Source: Lama guanicoe
Lineage: Eukaryota
Reading direction: 5' to 3'
Assembly: GCA_013239625.1 (NCBI GenBank)
Contig: MU053823.1
Coordinates: 503,565 to 567,564 of the forward strand
DNA: 64,000 nt
Numbering within the stretch: the stretch's first letter is position 1; each line of letters starts with the position of its first letter. The notes beneath the pieces are model-generated. The model saw only the letters and a program-made list of their open reading frames with translations, did not search any database and was not told where the DNA came from. This document shows positions 50,011 to 63,874 of this stretch, in pieces. Position numbers and translations under genes: made by a program.

Positions 50011-51076
50011 TACTTATTGTTATTATAGAAGAAGTATATTATATAATGGTGCATATAATACAGAAAAACATAATACCAGGATCAAGGAAACTATTAAGTA
50101 GAAGTGAAGGTAAAGATCGGAGTAGTAATCAAATAGTATGGTATTGGCATTAAAAACAGATCAATGGAACAGAATAGAGAGCCCAGAAATACACCCATGT
50201 GTATATTAACTAATTTATGTCAGTGGAGCCAAAAATATACAGTGGGGAAAACAACAGTCCCTTCAGAAAGAATGGTGTTGGTGCGGGGTACACCTCAGGG
50301 GTAGAGCGCATACTTAGCGGTTCAGTCCCCAGTACACAACAGCACCCTTTTAAGTTACTCATTTTTCCCATGAGGTACACATGTGCATAAACTACTGTGT
50401 GCTTTTCTCTTGTTAATCTGTCTTCTATCATGAGAGTCTCAACTAAGAAATCAGCAAGGCAGAGGGAACACTATTTCCCCTTCCCCACGGTAGTAAATAA
50501 TAGCCAACATTTATTGAGCACTTCCTGTATGCCTGGCATCCTGCTGCCATCTTACACACTTTACCTCTTCTTTTTCTTACAAGAACCCTATGAGGTAGCT
50601 ACTACAGCTATGAACATTTTACAGATAAAGAAACTGAGGCCCTACATCAACTAGTAGGATTTGACCATTCATCCAGCTCCAGAGCCAGAAGCAGCTCTTC
50701 TGAATTAACTCAAAATGTTGTTGGCAAAAAAATAACCTGAGATTCTTGTTACATGAACAAACTTCTAGTCACTACCTCTTCTTTCTCCAAAATTCTCATT
50801 TACAGAGTTTGGAGTCTGGCTATGAAATCTAAAATCTTATATTTTTAACAGCTTTATTGAGAGAGAATCCATGGACATACAACTTACCAATTTAAAGTGT
50901 ACAAGTCAATGATTTGGGATATATTACAGCATCACTTTTTGGGGAACTTATCTTTATTACAGGCAACCTAGTTAATTCTATATATAAGTGCCCCAAGTAC
51001 CATATTTAAAAAATTTATTTATCTTTTATAACTAATTTTGTTTTGTTTTTTTGTTTGTTTTGGGGGGCAATTAAGT

Positions 51077-51120
<44 letters not shown>

Positions 51121-53394
51121 TAGTAGAGGAACTGGGGATTGAACCCAGGACCTCGTGCATGCTAAGCATGCACTCTGTCACTGAGTTACATCGTCCCCCC
51201 GACCAGGTACCATATTTTTAAAAAAAATTGTCTTAATCACTCTGCTCTATGCCTCACAAAAAGCAGTACAAGTGAACATGCCCAGCACAATCTGTACCCA
51301 GTGAAATTTAGACACTCAATACATATCGAATATGAACAGCCTGCAAAGAACCATAAAAAAGAATGCTAACATCAAACTTCCACTTCATGTAGGAAGGACA
51401 TCCCAGTGAAAGATTAAAATTTGATATTCAGTGGAATCTAATATTGAATTTCTTCTGGATGATGAGATGATAGCATTTTATAGCAGTGAAGTGTTTTCTT
51501 CACAGTAGAACTTGCTTTTATGTCGCATAATTTAAAAAATCTTTCAATTTGCAATGTTACGTAGTTCATGGCCCCTCTTCATCAAACTCTGTATTAAAAG
51601 TATTTTCATTCATTTAGCATTTGTTAACATTTACTGAGCACCTCCCTGTATAACTGGCATGATTCTAGGAGCTAGATCAGCAAAGCAGACAAAAGTCTTG
51701 CTATCAGGGTGTTTTCATGATTGAAGAGTCTCTGGGGAGTATTAATGGCAATCATTTGTCCAATTTCTTAATTTTCAAATTACCCCAGGCAATTATTATT
51801 TATCCCTACATTTTGGTCATCATCAAATGACATAATTATATTAGCAACCCATGTTTGAATGTAAGTTGTCATCACAGAAAATTAAGTAAAAATTGTATAC
51901 TACCTTTTGAGTCTACATTTTCCTGTGAAGAATCCCAATTGTGAAAATACTAAGTAAAATGAAATGCTTTTCTCTTCTTCATGTTTTACGTTAACTTAGT
52001 TCTTATGCCCAGCCAGAGACCATACAAGGGTGGTTTTGCCTTCCCTACAGCTATTTTACAGATAATGGAACTGGAAAATCAGGTTCAGTAAACTTGCCCA
52101 AGATCCAAATACCTGGAATTATGGTAGTAGATCTGGAATTCAAACGCAGGTCTGCCTAACCTCAAAGCTAACAGCTGCTCTTCCAAGTTACACCAAACCA
52201 TGCCACACTCCCTATAATTTGTAGAAGTGAGGGTAGAAGAATGCGACTAATCTGAGAGAATTTTGCAAGAAGAAAACAGAATCCTAAAAATGCTAGATAG
52301 CTACTGTGACCATAGACTCTTCATCTCTTTCAGCTATAACCTTTGACTTTTTGAAGAACACCCACCATCCTTAAGATACATTTTAAGGAAAGAGAATAAT
52401 GTCTTTTTTAAAACGTGAGTATGGAACAAATTATGTGTTCAGGGAGTACGCAATAAATACAAATAAAGGAAAGGCTGTGGGAAAAGGAGATAGAATCTAG
52501 AATAGATGAGGACATGGGTGAAATGGGAATCATTAAAATAAAATCCCCCAGAGTTCAGTCTCCAGTACCTCCATTTAAGTAAATAAACGTAATTACCTTC
52601 CCTCTCCATGAAAAAAATTAAAAAAAATAAAAGACTGGCAGACAGTCGTAAAGATGGAACGTAAACGTCCTATTCTGGGCCCCGAGGAAGCGGCGTTTTC
52701 ACCTCCACGGCGCCCGCGCGGGGCCCCCGAGGATGCCTGGATGGGCACCCACCCTAAGTACTTACAATGATGGAGTGAGACAGAGGAGCTGCCGCCCAAG
52801 CGTACATGGCATTCTTTGTTTACCAGGACCTCGTGGAGGGTAGACGCTGGCATAAAGTAAACGGTGTGGAGCGACCGCAGTGCGGGCTCACCTGCCTTCT
52901 TGGTACCGAGACAGAAGAAGGTTTCAGACTAGCGCCTATCCCCACGGGTGCTTCCCTCAATCGTGACAGATTGTTCCTTAGAATATGTCACCTATACTTA
53001 CGATGCTTAATCAATTCATACAAGATTGCATCTGAGACCCATCAGACTGCTTCACTTCATCTTTTACCTCATAGTCAGGACTGACTTAGCTGGTCCCATC
53101 CCGTAGGTGTTCTTTCTGAAGGAGAAAACTTTTCCAGATAAAATTTTTTGTTATTGTTCGAAAATACAGGGTAGTTGCTCTAGAACTTTCTCATCTGGAG
53201 ACAGTTTAATTACAGTGGCATACAAGTTCATGCCTAGGAAACATTCAGAGGGGTGGAAGACATATGTCTCTTCTGTCAGCCCACACTCCTAGCTTTCTCT
53301 CTGTTCACTGCTGCCACTGCTAGCTCACTGTTGAGACTGCTATCTCTTTCTCTTACTCAACCCCCCTCAGTGCCTTTTGGCCACTGCAGCTAGC

Positions 53395-53772
53395 CTGGAA
53401 TATGTCCTTTAATTTGTAAGTTGTAGTCCTAACATCCAATGTGACTATATTTGCAGATAGGGCCTTTAAGGAAGTAATTAAGGTTAAATGAGGTCATAAA
53501 AGTGGGGCGCTAATCTCACAGGACTGATGTCCTTTTAAGAAGAGGAAGAGGTACCATGAGTGCACACACACTCAGAGGAAAGGCCATATGAGAACACACC
53601 AAGAAGGCAGCCATCTACAAACCTGGAAGAGGGTTCTCTCCAGAAACCAACGCTACCAGTACTTTGATCTTGAACTTCCAGCCTCCAGAACTGTGAGAAA
53701 ATCATGAATTTCTGTTGTTTAAGCAACCAGCTCCTTGGTGTTCTGTTATGACAGCCTAGCAGATTAATACAG
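53395..53772 (+). mobile_element. MLT1 (MaLR) LTR
   Basis: AATGTGACTATATTTGCAGATAGGGCCTTTAAGGAAGTAATTAAGGTTAAATGAGGTCAT...CCAGCCTCCAGAACTGTGAGAAA...ATTAATACA. Confidence 0.85.
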
Positions 53773-53789
53773 TAACCAAGAAAAAGGGA

Positions 53790-54835
53790 AGAAATACTCA
53801 TACAATTATAGACTGTTTCTGCAACTGGTCACATGGTCATAAGCAGTGTTGTACCCACCCTCTGCTAGTCACTACCCATTCCATACGCCCTTCGCAAGCA
53901 ACGAGCAGTATACAGAGCCCTAATGCGTACTATAGTGAATACAGACAACAATATCGTATTATAACCGTCAAACTTGCTAAGAGATTAGCACCGTATTCCC
54001 TTTGCCCTCAGCAGGCACTTCAGCTACAGTGATTCTCTCTGCCTGATGGGGTGACTCAAATCTTCATTCCTGGTGGGTCTGGGCCTAGATTGGGTTGTTG
54101 TAGTTTTACTGACCTTAATCACAGGGTATGACCTCTAGACCAGCAGAGCTTAAGGTCATGGGACTGGAGGCAAAAATTTTGCTAACGTCTCAGTAGGGAT
54201 AACAGTAGGTGGTGCCACACCCATTTCTAGCCCCCTTGGTTCCTGGACTTGTTAAATCGCACCTACGGAAGAAACACCATCAGGTACTGGGTGCTGATTC
54301 AGAGGACACTGCCCCAGGCCTGAAAGGTGCTGCCACCCGGCTAGCACTGCGACTAAGTCTTCCAAAGGCTGTTTCCCCTTTAGAAGTAGTATCCAGCCTG
54401 CTACGTTAGGACGATGGGAAACATTGTAAGACCAGTCAATTCTATAAGCATGGGCTCATTGTCACACTGCTTTGCAAAGAAGTAAGCTCCTCGGTCAGAA
54501 GCAATGCTGGGGGATAACGCATTCTGTAAGTCCACAGATGGTAGTTTTGGCAAAAACATTGCACATGGGAAGGTAAATTCGTATCGAGAGTAAGCGTCTG
54601 TTGCAATTAGAACAAAGTTCTGTCTCTTCCAAAATGGAAGTGGTCCAATGTAATCAACCTGTCACCAGGTAGATGGCTGATCACCCACCTCGGGTAATGG
54701 TGCCATCTTGGGGACACAGTATGGGTCTCTGCTGCTGACAGATGGGGCGCTCAGCAGTGGCTGGAGCCAAGTCAGTCTTGGTGAGTGAAGTTCATGTCAC
54801 TGAGCCCATCCATAACCTCCATCCCTGCCATCATC
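53790..54835 (-). mobile_element. ERVL-class internal (pol-region) fragment
   Basis: Resembles antisense ERVL internal sequence (CCAAAATGGAAGTGGTCCAATGTAATCAACCTG-CACCAGGT, TGAGCCCATCCATAACCTCCATCCCTGCCA); no intact ORF. Confidence 0.6.
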
Positions 54836-56569
54836 CTAGTCCCCACTACACCCTGTTGTCCCCTGGACTCCCTGCCTCCCCTCCAATCTGAGTGCAATCT
54901 GCCAAATGTCTTTGCTATTGAAGTGTTTATTTTGCCCTTATATAAAAATTAAAGAGAAAGTGAATTATGTCTTATACTCAACTCTCTATCAGATTTTTTT
55001 TATCAAATTTTTTCTTACACTCTGCCTGCCTGGTCTCTAAGATGTCTGTGTTTGCAGCCCTGTTCTGCCTGTTCACTTTGGTTGATTTCACAGCTTCAGC
55101 TACCGCAGTACACCGTGAACACGCTAACCTCGACGAGACCTCTCTCAGGAGTTTCAGCCCTTATCCCAACAACATCTGGATGTATTCCAAGTACACCAAT
55201 CCAAAAATATCTGCAATTTAATTATCTTCCCCAAAATGATTTCTCTGCTTGCAATTCAAAATTGTGTGACTGGCAACTCTATCCGCTCAGATACTCTAAC
55301 CAGAAAAAAGATCCTAGAGATATTCCTTCTCCTTGCTGCCCACATCAAACTAGTTGCCAGGCCCTGCCAATACTACTTACTAATGTAGTTCATATACACA
55401 CAGTCACTGCCACTCCCTCCTGCATGGCTCCCACTTTATAGCGACTATTTTGTCTAGATCCAGAGTTGGCAAACTTTTTCTACAAAGGGCCAAGTAGTAA
55501 ATATTTAAAGATTTGTAACTATATGTCTCTGTGACAACTACTAAACTCTCCTGTTGTAACATGTTGCAGTCATACATTACACATAAATGAGTAAGTGTGG
55601 CTAGGTTCCCACAAAACTTTACTTAAGGACACTGAAATTTGAATTTCATGTACATTTCACAAGTCACAAAATATTCATATTTTGATTCCCCCCCCAAACA
55701 TTTAAAAATATAAAAGTCATTCTCAGTTTGTGGACCATATGAAACAGGTACTCAGCCAGTTTGGTGACCTTTGGTCTAGAAAACTGAATTCGTCTCTCTC
55801 TCTTCTTTTTTTTTTTCTTTTTTTTGGGGGGGGTAATTGGGTTTATTTAGTTATTTAATGGAGGCGCTGGGGATTGAGCCCAGGACCCTGTGCATGCTAA
55901 GCAGGCACTCTACCACAGAGTTATACACTCCCCACCCTAGAAGACTGAATTAGTCTCTTAATGGGTCCTGCTCCATCCTCTTCCTGTTTCTCTTTACTTG
56001 TTCTTATAAGACTGATGATATCAGTCCCCACGTAAAAACCCTTCAGCGGCTCTACTGCCTTTAGCATAAGATCCAAACTCTTCAGCATGACACAGACTTG
56101 TGGCGTCTGACTCCTGTCCACTAACTGTACCGTCACCTCTTTTCATACCTGCGTCTAACTCTGCACAGTCCCCAGAAGATGTCAGGCTTTTTCGTGCTTG
56201 CTGCCTTTTCCACTACTACTGCCTGCCCATCTTTCAAGGCTGAATTCAAGCACCATCTTTTTACGATGATATTCATTTCCCTCCAAGATGTCCCTCCTTT
56301 GAACGGCTGCTGTGTCTCACATATATTTACACCACAGCTCCAGTAACGCTGCAGTGCAATAACACTTTAGTCCAGTGTAATCCACTAACGCTTCACTGTG
56401 CTCATTTGTTTGCATGGCTTCTTCACGTTACACTATGAAATACTTTGGTGCAGGAAGTATGCACGAGACACTTCAGAGATGCATAAGAAGTGCTTGTTGA
56501 GCACATAGCATACACAGAGAAAATAATCATTGCTAACGTTTACCGAGCACTAACGGCATGCCATGTCCC

Positions 56570-57080
56570 TGCTGGGGAGAGGACAATCTCCTCCTCTGAA
56601 CCTCTTGTGGCTGAACGAATCATTTTTTTTTAGGAAAAGAAACACATTTTAATAGCAAGCATGGAGGTCTTATAGAAATAGGACCCACGAAGGAGCCAAA
56701 GCAGGCAGTATGTATACTTTTTAGATAAAGAAACAACCAATTTGTGAAGAATTGACAGGACAAAGAAACTTAGACTATGGGTGCTCAAGTAGTGAGAAAT
56801 CTAAACGGAGTTTGGGCTTGGGGTAGTAATTTAAAGAAGTAATAAGGTTTGCTAACACAGGCTTCTTGGCCCGAGTTCCCCATCTCTGGCGATAAGGGTT
56901 TCCTACCTCCAGATGCGGGGAGTGCCCCTTTCACGTGAGAGATTTATGTCCCTTCCAGGGAGACACAGAGGAGGGTCAGGGTGTCCCTCTTGCATTGGTT
57001 CTGTCTTAAGTAACTTTACTTCAAAATAATCAACATGCCATTGAGGCACATTTTGGGGCACCTCACCCTGGGCCCCAACA
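56570..57080 (-). mobile_element. Solo LTR (ERV1-like)
   Basis: CTTTACTTCAAAATAATCAACATGCCA...CACATTTTGGGG...GGCCCCAACA end. Confidence 0.55.
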
Positions 57081-60000
57081 TACCTTTTTGATCAGTTGGT
57101 ATGTATTATGCTATTACTCACAGGAAGGAAACTGAGGCATAGAAATGTGAAACTACTGGTTCCATAAGCAGTGGGTGGAAAGAGGATTCAAATTCGGGCT
57201 GTGTGACTCAGTGTCTGAAACACAAAAGAATCTGACAAAGGTCTAAGGAACTTGGATTTTGAGATTCCTGGGCCTTTTACAAAAATGCAAGCTGGCCCAC
57301 AGGGGTGCCGGAAATGCCTCCTCGCTTCATCTGGGCAGATGTTACCTGAGCTCTGCACACCAGCGACAATTCATTACGCTGTACAACTTGAGATTTGGTC
57401 CCTTCACTGTACATTATTTCTCAGTCTTAATTTTTAAAAATGCTTCATTAAATTTGAACTCCTTTTCCAACCTCCTGCTATTTGCTCTAGCTTTGATCTC
57501 TTTCCTTTTTGTTTTTGGTGGAGGTGCTGGGGATCGAACTCAGGACCTTGTGCATGTAAAGCATGAGCTCTGCCACAGAGATACACCCATCCCCCTGACC
57601 TCTTTCTTTATGTGACTGAACTTATTTACTCCTGGGAGGCAGGAACCCCTTGTTCACTCTTCCTCTAATTTCCTTATAATATTGGAATACTCTGGGGTCC
57701 TGAAATATTCTAAGGGCGGTATGCAGACGCAGTATTATTAGGGTTAGCAGTTTTATTTCATTCCACCACCATCAGCCAGAGCAACAACTAAGGTGCTAGA
57801 TTGTTCCCTTTATCCCCCACCGCACCCCCACCCCCACCGCCATCACCTTACCCAACTCCTCCCACAATCACCTACTTTTCTAACTTCTTCCTCATTCTCT
57901 AACCCCTACTGAGAAACTGAGAAGCTTACTGTCTCCCGGGCCAGAGCAGCTGTATACATCTGCTAAACTTTGGTAGACATTCCTAGAGGTTCTTCCCCTT
58001 CCTGGGGGCTAGAACTTACAGGGGTGAAAAAGAAAAAAAAAAAGACAAAAAAACCCGCATTTTTACTTTGGGTCAAGGATCCCCTGAGGGGAGGGTGGGG
58101 AGGAGGGAGTTACTTAGGGTCAGGACTCTGACAGTTCAGTTTGATGGTTTGCCCTTCTGAACTCACCGCTGGGAAACCTTAGAATTGGGGACACAGAATA
58201 ATTTAGTCCTTACATATCAAAAGCCTTTAGTCAGAGTAAGATCTGACAAACCCAGAACTGAACCACAGGGGGAAATTTGTTTTGCTTTGTTTCTTGAGAG
58301 TTCTTGTAATTGTTCAATTTTCTGCATATCGATGTTTTCGCCACCGAACCTGATTTACTAACTTAATAACTATGCATTGAGATTCTTCCCTACCGCCAAG
58401 CACTATATCACGAAGCAGTGCTCCTTGGGGAGAGGGCATAGCTCAGTGGTAGAGTGTGTGCTTAGCATGCACGAGGTCCTGGGTTCGATGCCCAGTACCT
58501 CCATTCAAAAACAAAAAATAATAATTAATAAACAAATAAACTGAATTACCTTCCCTCCCTCAAAAGAAACCTTAAAAATAGAGAGTAAGAAATTCAAGAA
58601 TTCAGGGCCCAGAGAGCTATAAAGAAAGAAAGCAGTAATCCTCAAGGATCAGAGATCCTTAAAAGACAGATTCCTGGGCCCCACTCCCAGATCTTGATTC
58701 AGTAAATCTGGGGTGACAGCTCCCAAGTGATGCTGATGTTGTCCAAAAGTGGGACTATTATTTGAGTAGCATTGTCCTAGGTTATAGTAACAAACCAGGT
58801 CCTCAAGGAGTTATTATTCCAGCCAGGAATCCAAACACACCCAAAAAAGCTAGACCTGAAATGCAAAGTGACAGCTGCTGTGGGAGGAGTTAGGTACAGA
58901 AGAGGGGGCACCTACGTCCCTGGGAGAAGGGAGACCACGGCAGGAGGACACCTGATCTGCATCTTGAAAGGTAACTAAAAGTGAACCCAGCACAGAGAGG
59001 GGAGAAAAGCACCCAGGACAGAGGGGACTGCTTAGGGAGGGCAATTTGCCAAAGCCTGAAATAGGCAGAGAGCAGACTGGGAGCTTATTAGAGAAGACGA
59101 GCAAATCAGTCTGGTGTGCAGTTGTGTCTGTCTGTGGAAGGTGAACTGGGGGTGTGCAGAGGTCTGGGCAAGAGACAGTGCCTGAGTGAGGGCAAAGGGG
59201 GTGGTCCTGAACATCCAAGGGACAGACTGGAGAAGCGTGAGGAAATCAAATGAGCATGTCCACGTTCTTACTGACTCTATTAAGGTTCAGACAGTGGGAA
59301 AAGGAGGCGAGGATGTGCCACGTGTTTTCCTTTTAGGTGAATCTTTTATTGGGCTTCATAACCTGTGCTCATGGTAAATTCACTGAAGGAAACAAACTTG
59401 GCCATGACTGATTTACTTAAGCTGGATGACAGATACATTTTGAGGGTTTATCATATTGTCTGCTGTGTAAGTAAGAAACTTCTTTCAGGGAGAAAAAAGT
59501 GTTTGTGCTCTTCTAGCTGTAAGTGGCGAATATACTGTGTAAGTCCACTTGTAATCTCTAAGCCAGCACTGTTGGTGTTTGCCGGGTTCATCTTTACAAC
59601 ACAAGTAATTTGGGAGGAATCTATCTCCCAGAGGAGCCGGAAGGACTATTTGTTGCAAATTAAAGTCAGCTCTTTTTGGAGAGCCCCAGGCTCATTGAAT
59701 GCAGTTTAGGAACCTGAGGCAAGGAGCATTGTTGTTTTTTAAGAGTTATTTTGTATATCACATTGAAGTACAAGTTAATATTTAAATGTAAGGAAATGGC
59801 TCCTGCCCTCTATTTACTTACAAAGTCCTAGATCCTTTTAAGCCCATTCCTTCATCAACAAATAATGATGGAGGGCATCCACTCTTTGCCTGTTACTATT
59901 CTGTAACAGTAGTTCTCAAACAATAGCATGCAAACGGTTCACCCGGGGAGCTTTGAAAACACAGACTCCTTGTCACCCCCACCGGAGATGCCTATTCAGC

Positions 60001-63000
60001 AGTTCTGGGGTAAAGCCCATCCATTTCTGTCCCCAACAGTTCCCAAGTGATGCTGATGATGCCGGCCTATGGACCACACTCTTCCAGGGCTGGAAATGCT
60101 ACAGGCAAACAGGGAAAACAGACAAAAATTCAAATAATTGCTGTCCTAGAATTTATATTTTATTGGTAGTGGGGAGGTAAAATATGATGATGGGTGATGA
60201 TGAAGAGAATATATATTATGCAAGATGATAAGTGCTATGAAAAAAAAAACAAGTGGAGAAGGCTAGAGAAGGGAAGACATTACTGAGAAGGCAACAGCAA
60301 AGATTTAAAGGAAGAGGGAGATTAAGCTGGCTGTATTTCTAGGGGAGAAACTGATCAGAGAGAGAGAAAGCTAAGGGCAAAAGCCCTGATTCCGGAGCTT
60401 TCCTGGCTTGTTCCAGGATCAGCGGGGAGGCAGCTTCATGGGGATAAGAGAGAACAGAAGGGCCCAAGACAGAGGTCAAGTGCAAGGCCAGAAGAGGGCT
60501 TAGCAATTCGGTACACTGACTTGACTCGTTACTCTGAATGTGACAAAGCTAAAACAGGATTGTGAGCACAGAAGTAGCTTCATGCAACACGTCTTCTTTA
60601 AAAAAAAAAAATCATTCCAGCCAATGTGTGGAGACTAGATTATAGCCTGAAGGCTAGGGTGCAGATCAGAAGACTAGTTGGGAGGCTATTGGAATAACCA
60701 TCATTTATTGATGGTTTGGGGAGCCATCATAGCTTCGGAGATACTGAGAAAAGGCCAAGTGCTGCTCGGGCTAGCAGACATGCCCACGTAACCGTATTCT
60801 TTTGTTTCAGGATGCAGGTAATTTCAAGCCCCCAGCTTTCCTGTGACTCAGGCAATAACAAAATTAACACATGTTCCTTAAAAGAAATAACTATTTGTTG
60901 CCACTCTGCTGGTCTTCTAAGCCCTAGTCCACGTGCTGAGCAAAAACTCACTCAAACAATGGGAAAAGGAAACAGGTGGAGGAAAAAAAACTAAAAGAAG
61001 CAATTGGATTCTGACATATTTTGATGGCATTAGTGAACAAAGGTGGCTTTAGGATTTTGCCCTGAGGAACTAGAAAGATGGAACTGTCATACACTGAGAT
61101 GCAGGAGCCCGTGTAGGGAGGAACACTGAGACTTCTATCTGTGAAATATTACTTCCGTGATGCTAATTAGAAATCCAAGTGGAGGTGTTAAGCAGGCAGT
61201 TGGGTATATGAGACCAGAGTTTGGGAAACAGGTCTAGGGTAAAGACAAACATTTGAAAGACAAAAGCATATAGATGATTTTAAAGTCATAACACAGGATG
61301 AGATCACCAAGGTAGGAAATGTAGGCAGAGAAGAGGTTTGAGAATAAACTTTGGAACACTAAGTTTTAGATATACGAGGGGTGAGGAAGAACTAGAAGGG
61401 AGACTGAGAGAACCACTGGGTTAATAAGGGGAACACCAGGAAAGTGTAAACTGATGAGAGGAGGAGATTTAATTCAAAAATTAAGGTTTTTAAAAAACTA
61501 CCCATGGTCACGGGGTAGTACGGTATAGTTCAAATGGTAGAGCACATGCTTGGCATGCACAAGGTCCTGGGTTCAATCCCCAGTACCCCCATAAAAAATA
61601 AATAAACAGATAAGTAAAAACCTAATTTCCCCGCCCCCTCCAAAAGATTGTGTGGCCCGAAGTGTATCTTTTATCTATAAATAAGGAATAAATAATATCT
61701 GTAAAATACTTTTCCTTTCTAATAGTCAGCTTTTTTTTTTTTCCCCTTCTTCTTCTTCCCCTTCCCAGATGTTGCTCTTAGGACAGTAAAATTTAAAATT
61801 AGGGATTTTACTGAATCACTTTTGCATTTGAGACTCTGGACTCTGGCACATTATAACACGCCCCTCCTCCACCCACACAGCCCACCCCCGCTAACCCAAG
61901 GGCTCTGACAGCTTCCGAGGCAGTCTCAGCCCCATGCAAATTGCTTTCCTGAGCAAAGAATGTAGCAAGCCTGCCTTCCAGCTACCAGCCCCTGGCCTTC
62001 GGTCTTTCACTCCGGAGGCTCTCACCCCGGATACAATGGGACACCGGTGGGGGGATGGGGTGAATTCATCCCAGGCTTTCCTGCAAAGATCCCCGTCAGC
62101 AAAGAACAAAACTTCCCGTACCTGCAGTTTACAGAGCTGCAGGCAAACCAAAGTATTTGGTGGCCTTGACTGTTCTCATTTTCCAGACTGTTGAGAGCCA
62201 GGAAGTCGTTTCTGTCCTTTTAAGTCTATTTTCCCCGTTTTATTGAGATGTAATGGACATACAACATTGTATTAGTTTAAGGTGTGCAGCGTAATGACCT
62301 GATGTACGCATACGTTGCAAAATGATCACCACCGCAAATCTAGTTTCACATCCATCACCTCGCATTCCCTTTTTTAAAGAAATCATGTTCTATTTCTAAT
62401 GAAACAGAGCTGATCTGCCTGAAGCACAGTGTACTCCACCCACCCTCTCCTGGACACCCCTATTCCAAACTCTTTCCCCCTCCAGAATGGTGGTGTGAGA
62501 AGACAAAGCAAAGGTTACATCGAATTTCATCCCCTTGTTTGGACCCAGCAATCCTCCTCTGCCTGCAAGTTGGTTCTGTGAGCAAAATTCAGCTTGTGTG
62601 GGAGCAAAGCCAGCAGGTGGAGACCTGAGCAGCCAGAGTGCATGCAGTGATTAGTCAAGAACTGTATCTCAGAAAAATATATAATTGGAATTTGCTAAGG
62701 GTTTATTTTTTAGGGATGGGGGGTTGGAAAAGAAGAAGAAACCTTAGGATTCTTGAATGTTGAATTTGGGGATGAGGTGGAAAATTGAATGCCATGGACT
62801 GTTGTTACAGTTTGTCCATAAATACGTTAGTGCTGGAACCCAGTTCTAAAAACTGTTCCTTTGGTGACAAACCAGAGCAGGGGAGAAAAAGACAGAGTGA
62901 GGATGGAGTGGGGCTGAAGGACTGACAGGATTGCCAGGTCAGAGAAGGAAAAGCTAATTTGAAAAAGAGCCAGAGGGGAAAAAAGACAAGAGGGAACAAG

Positions 63001-63874
63001 ATAACCGCTTGGGAAAGAGGGCTAGACAGGAAGGCAAACACTGTTCCTGAAATGAACCCACCACAAACGTTTTGGCAAATCCGTTACAGGAATATCAACT
63101 GCTTAGGGAATACTCTCCTTTTTCTCCCTCTTTTCAGTTGGCTTGGTTTACAGGTCAATACATTTTACGATTTTATCTCTAGTAATCTACTAATGTCCCT
63201 GGTAAAATAAGAAGGTGGTGGTTTCATTCTGGATTAGAATAAAAGTCACCAAAAAAAAAGGTAATTTCAAATTTAGAGGTCATGGGCACAGAATCCTGAA
63301 AGAATTTTTATTAACAGCCACTCTTTGTAGATCCCTGCCATGTCAAATGTTACTAGTTATTTGGCACTTTATTTTCATTGATTCTTACAACACAGAGAAG
63401 GTACTTTCATCCCTATTCACAGATGAGGACACTGGGTCTTATTTAAGTGGCTGAGCCAAGATAAAAACCAATTAAAAATCCTCCAAAGTGATGGGGTGTG
63501 TATAATGATTAACGGGGCACCCAGTGTCCTGCGTCCGCAGGTCCTTTCCTCTGGCTTCTGCTAAAAGCAAGGCAACGGTCCTGCTGAAAAGACTTGCTGG
63601 TCTTTCTGAAAGTTAAAAAACCAGAAAGAAGTAAAGTGGGAGTTGAAAACATGTAGTATCTTGAACATCAACTAATGCCTTAACATTCAATGTGTTTTAC
63701 TGTGACCTGTGGGTGAATCCAAGAGGAAAATGGAGCTAGTTGAAGTTTGCCATAACTAGCTTGATTTTGAGACCCTGAGGTCCAGAAATTAATTGTTTTG
63801 AGGTCCAGTCTAGAAATTAATTGTCCCCGTGGGAGTTTCCATCACTTTACGTAGCCTCAGGAATTGGAGGTACA

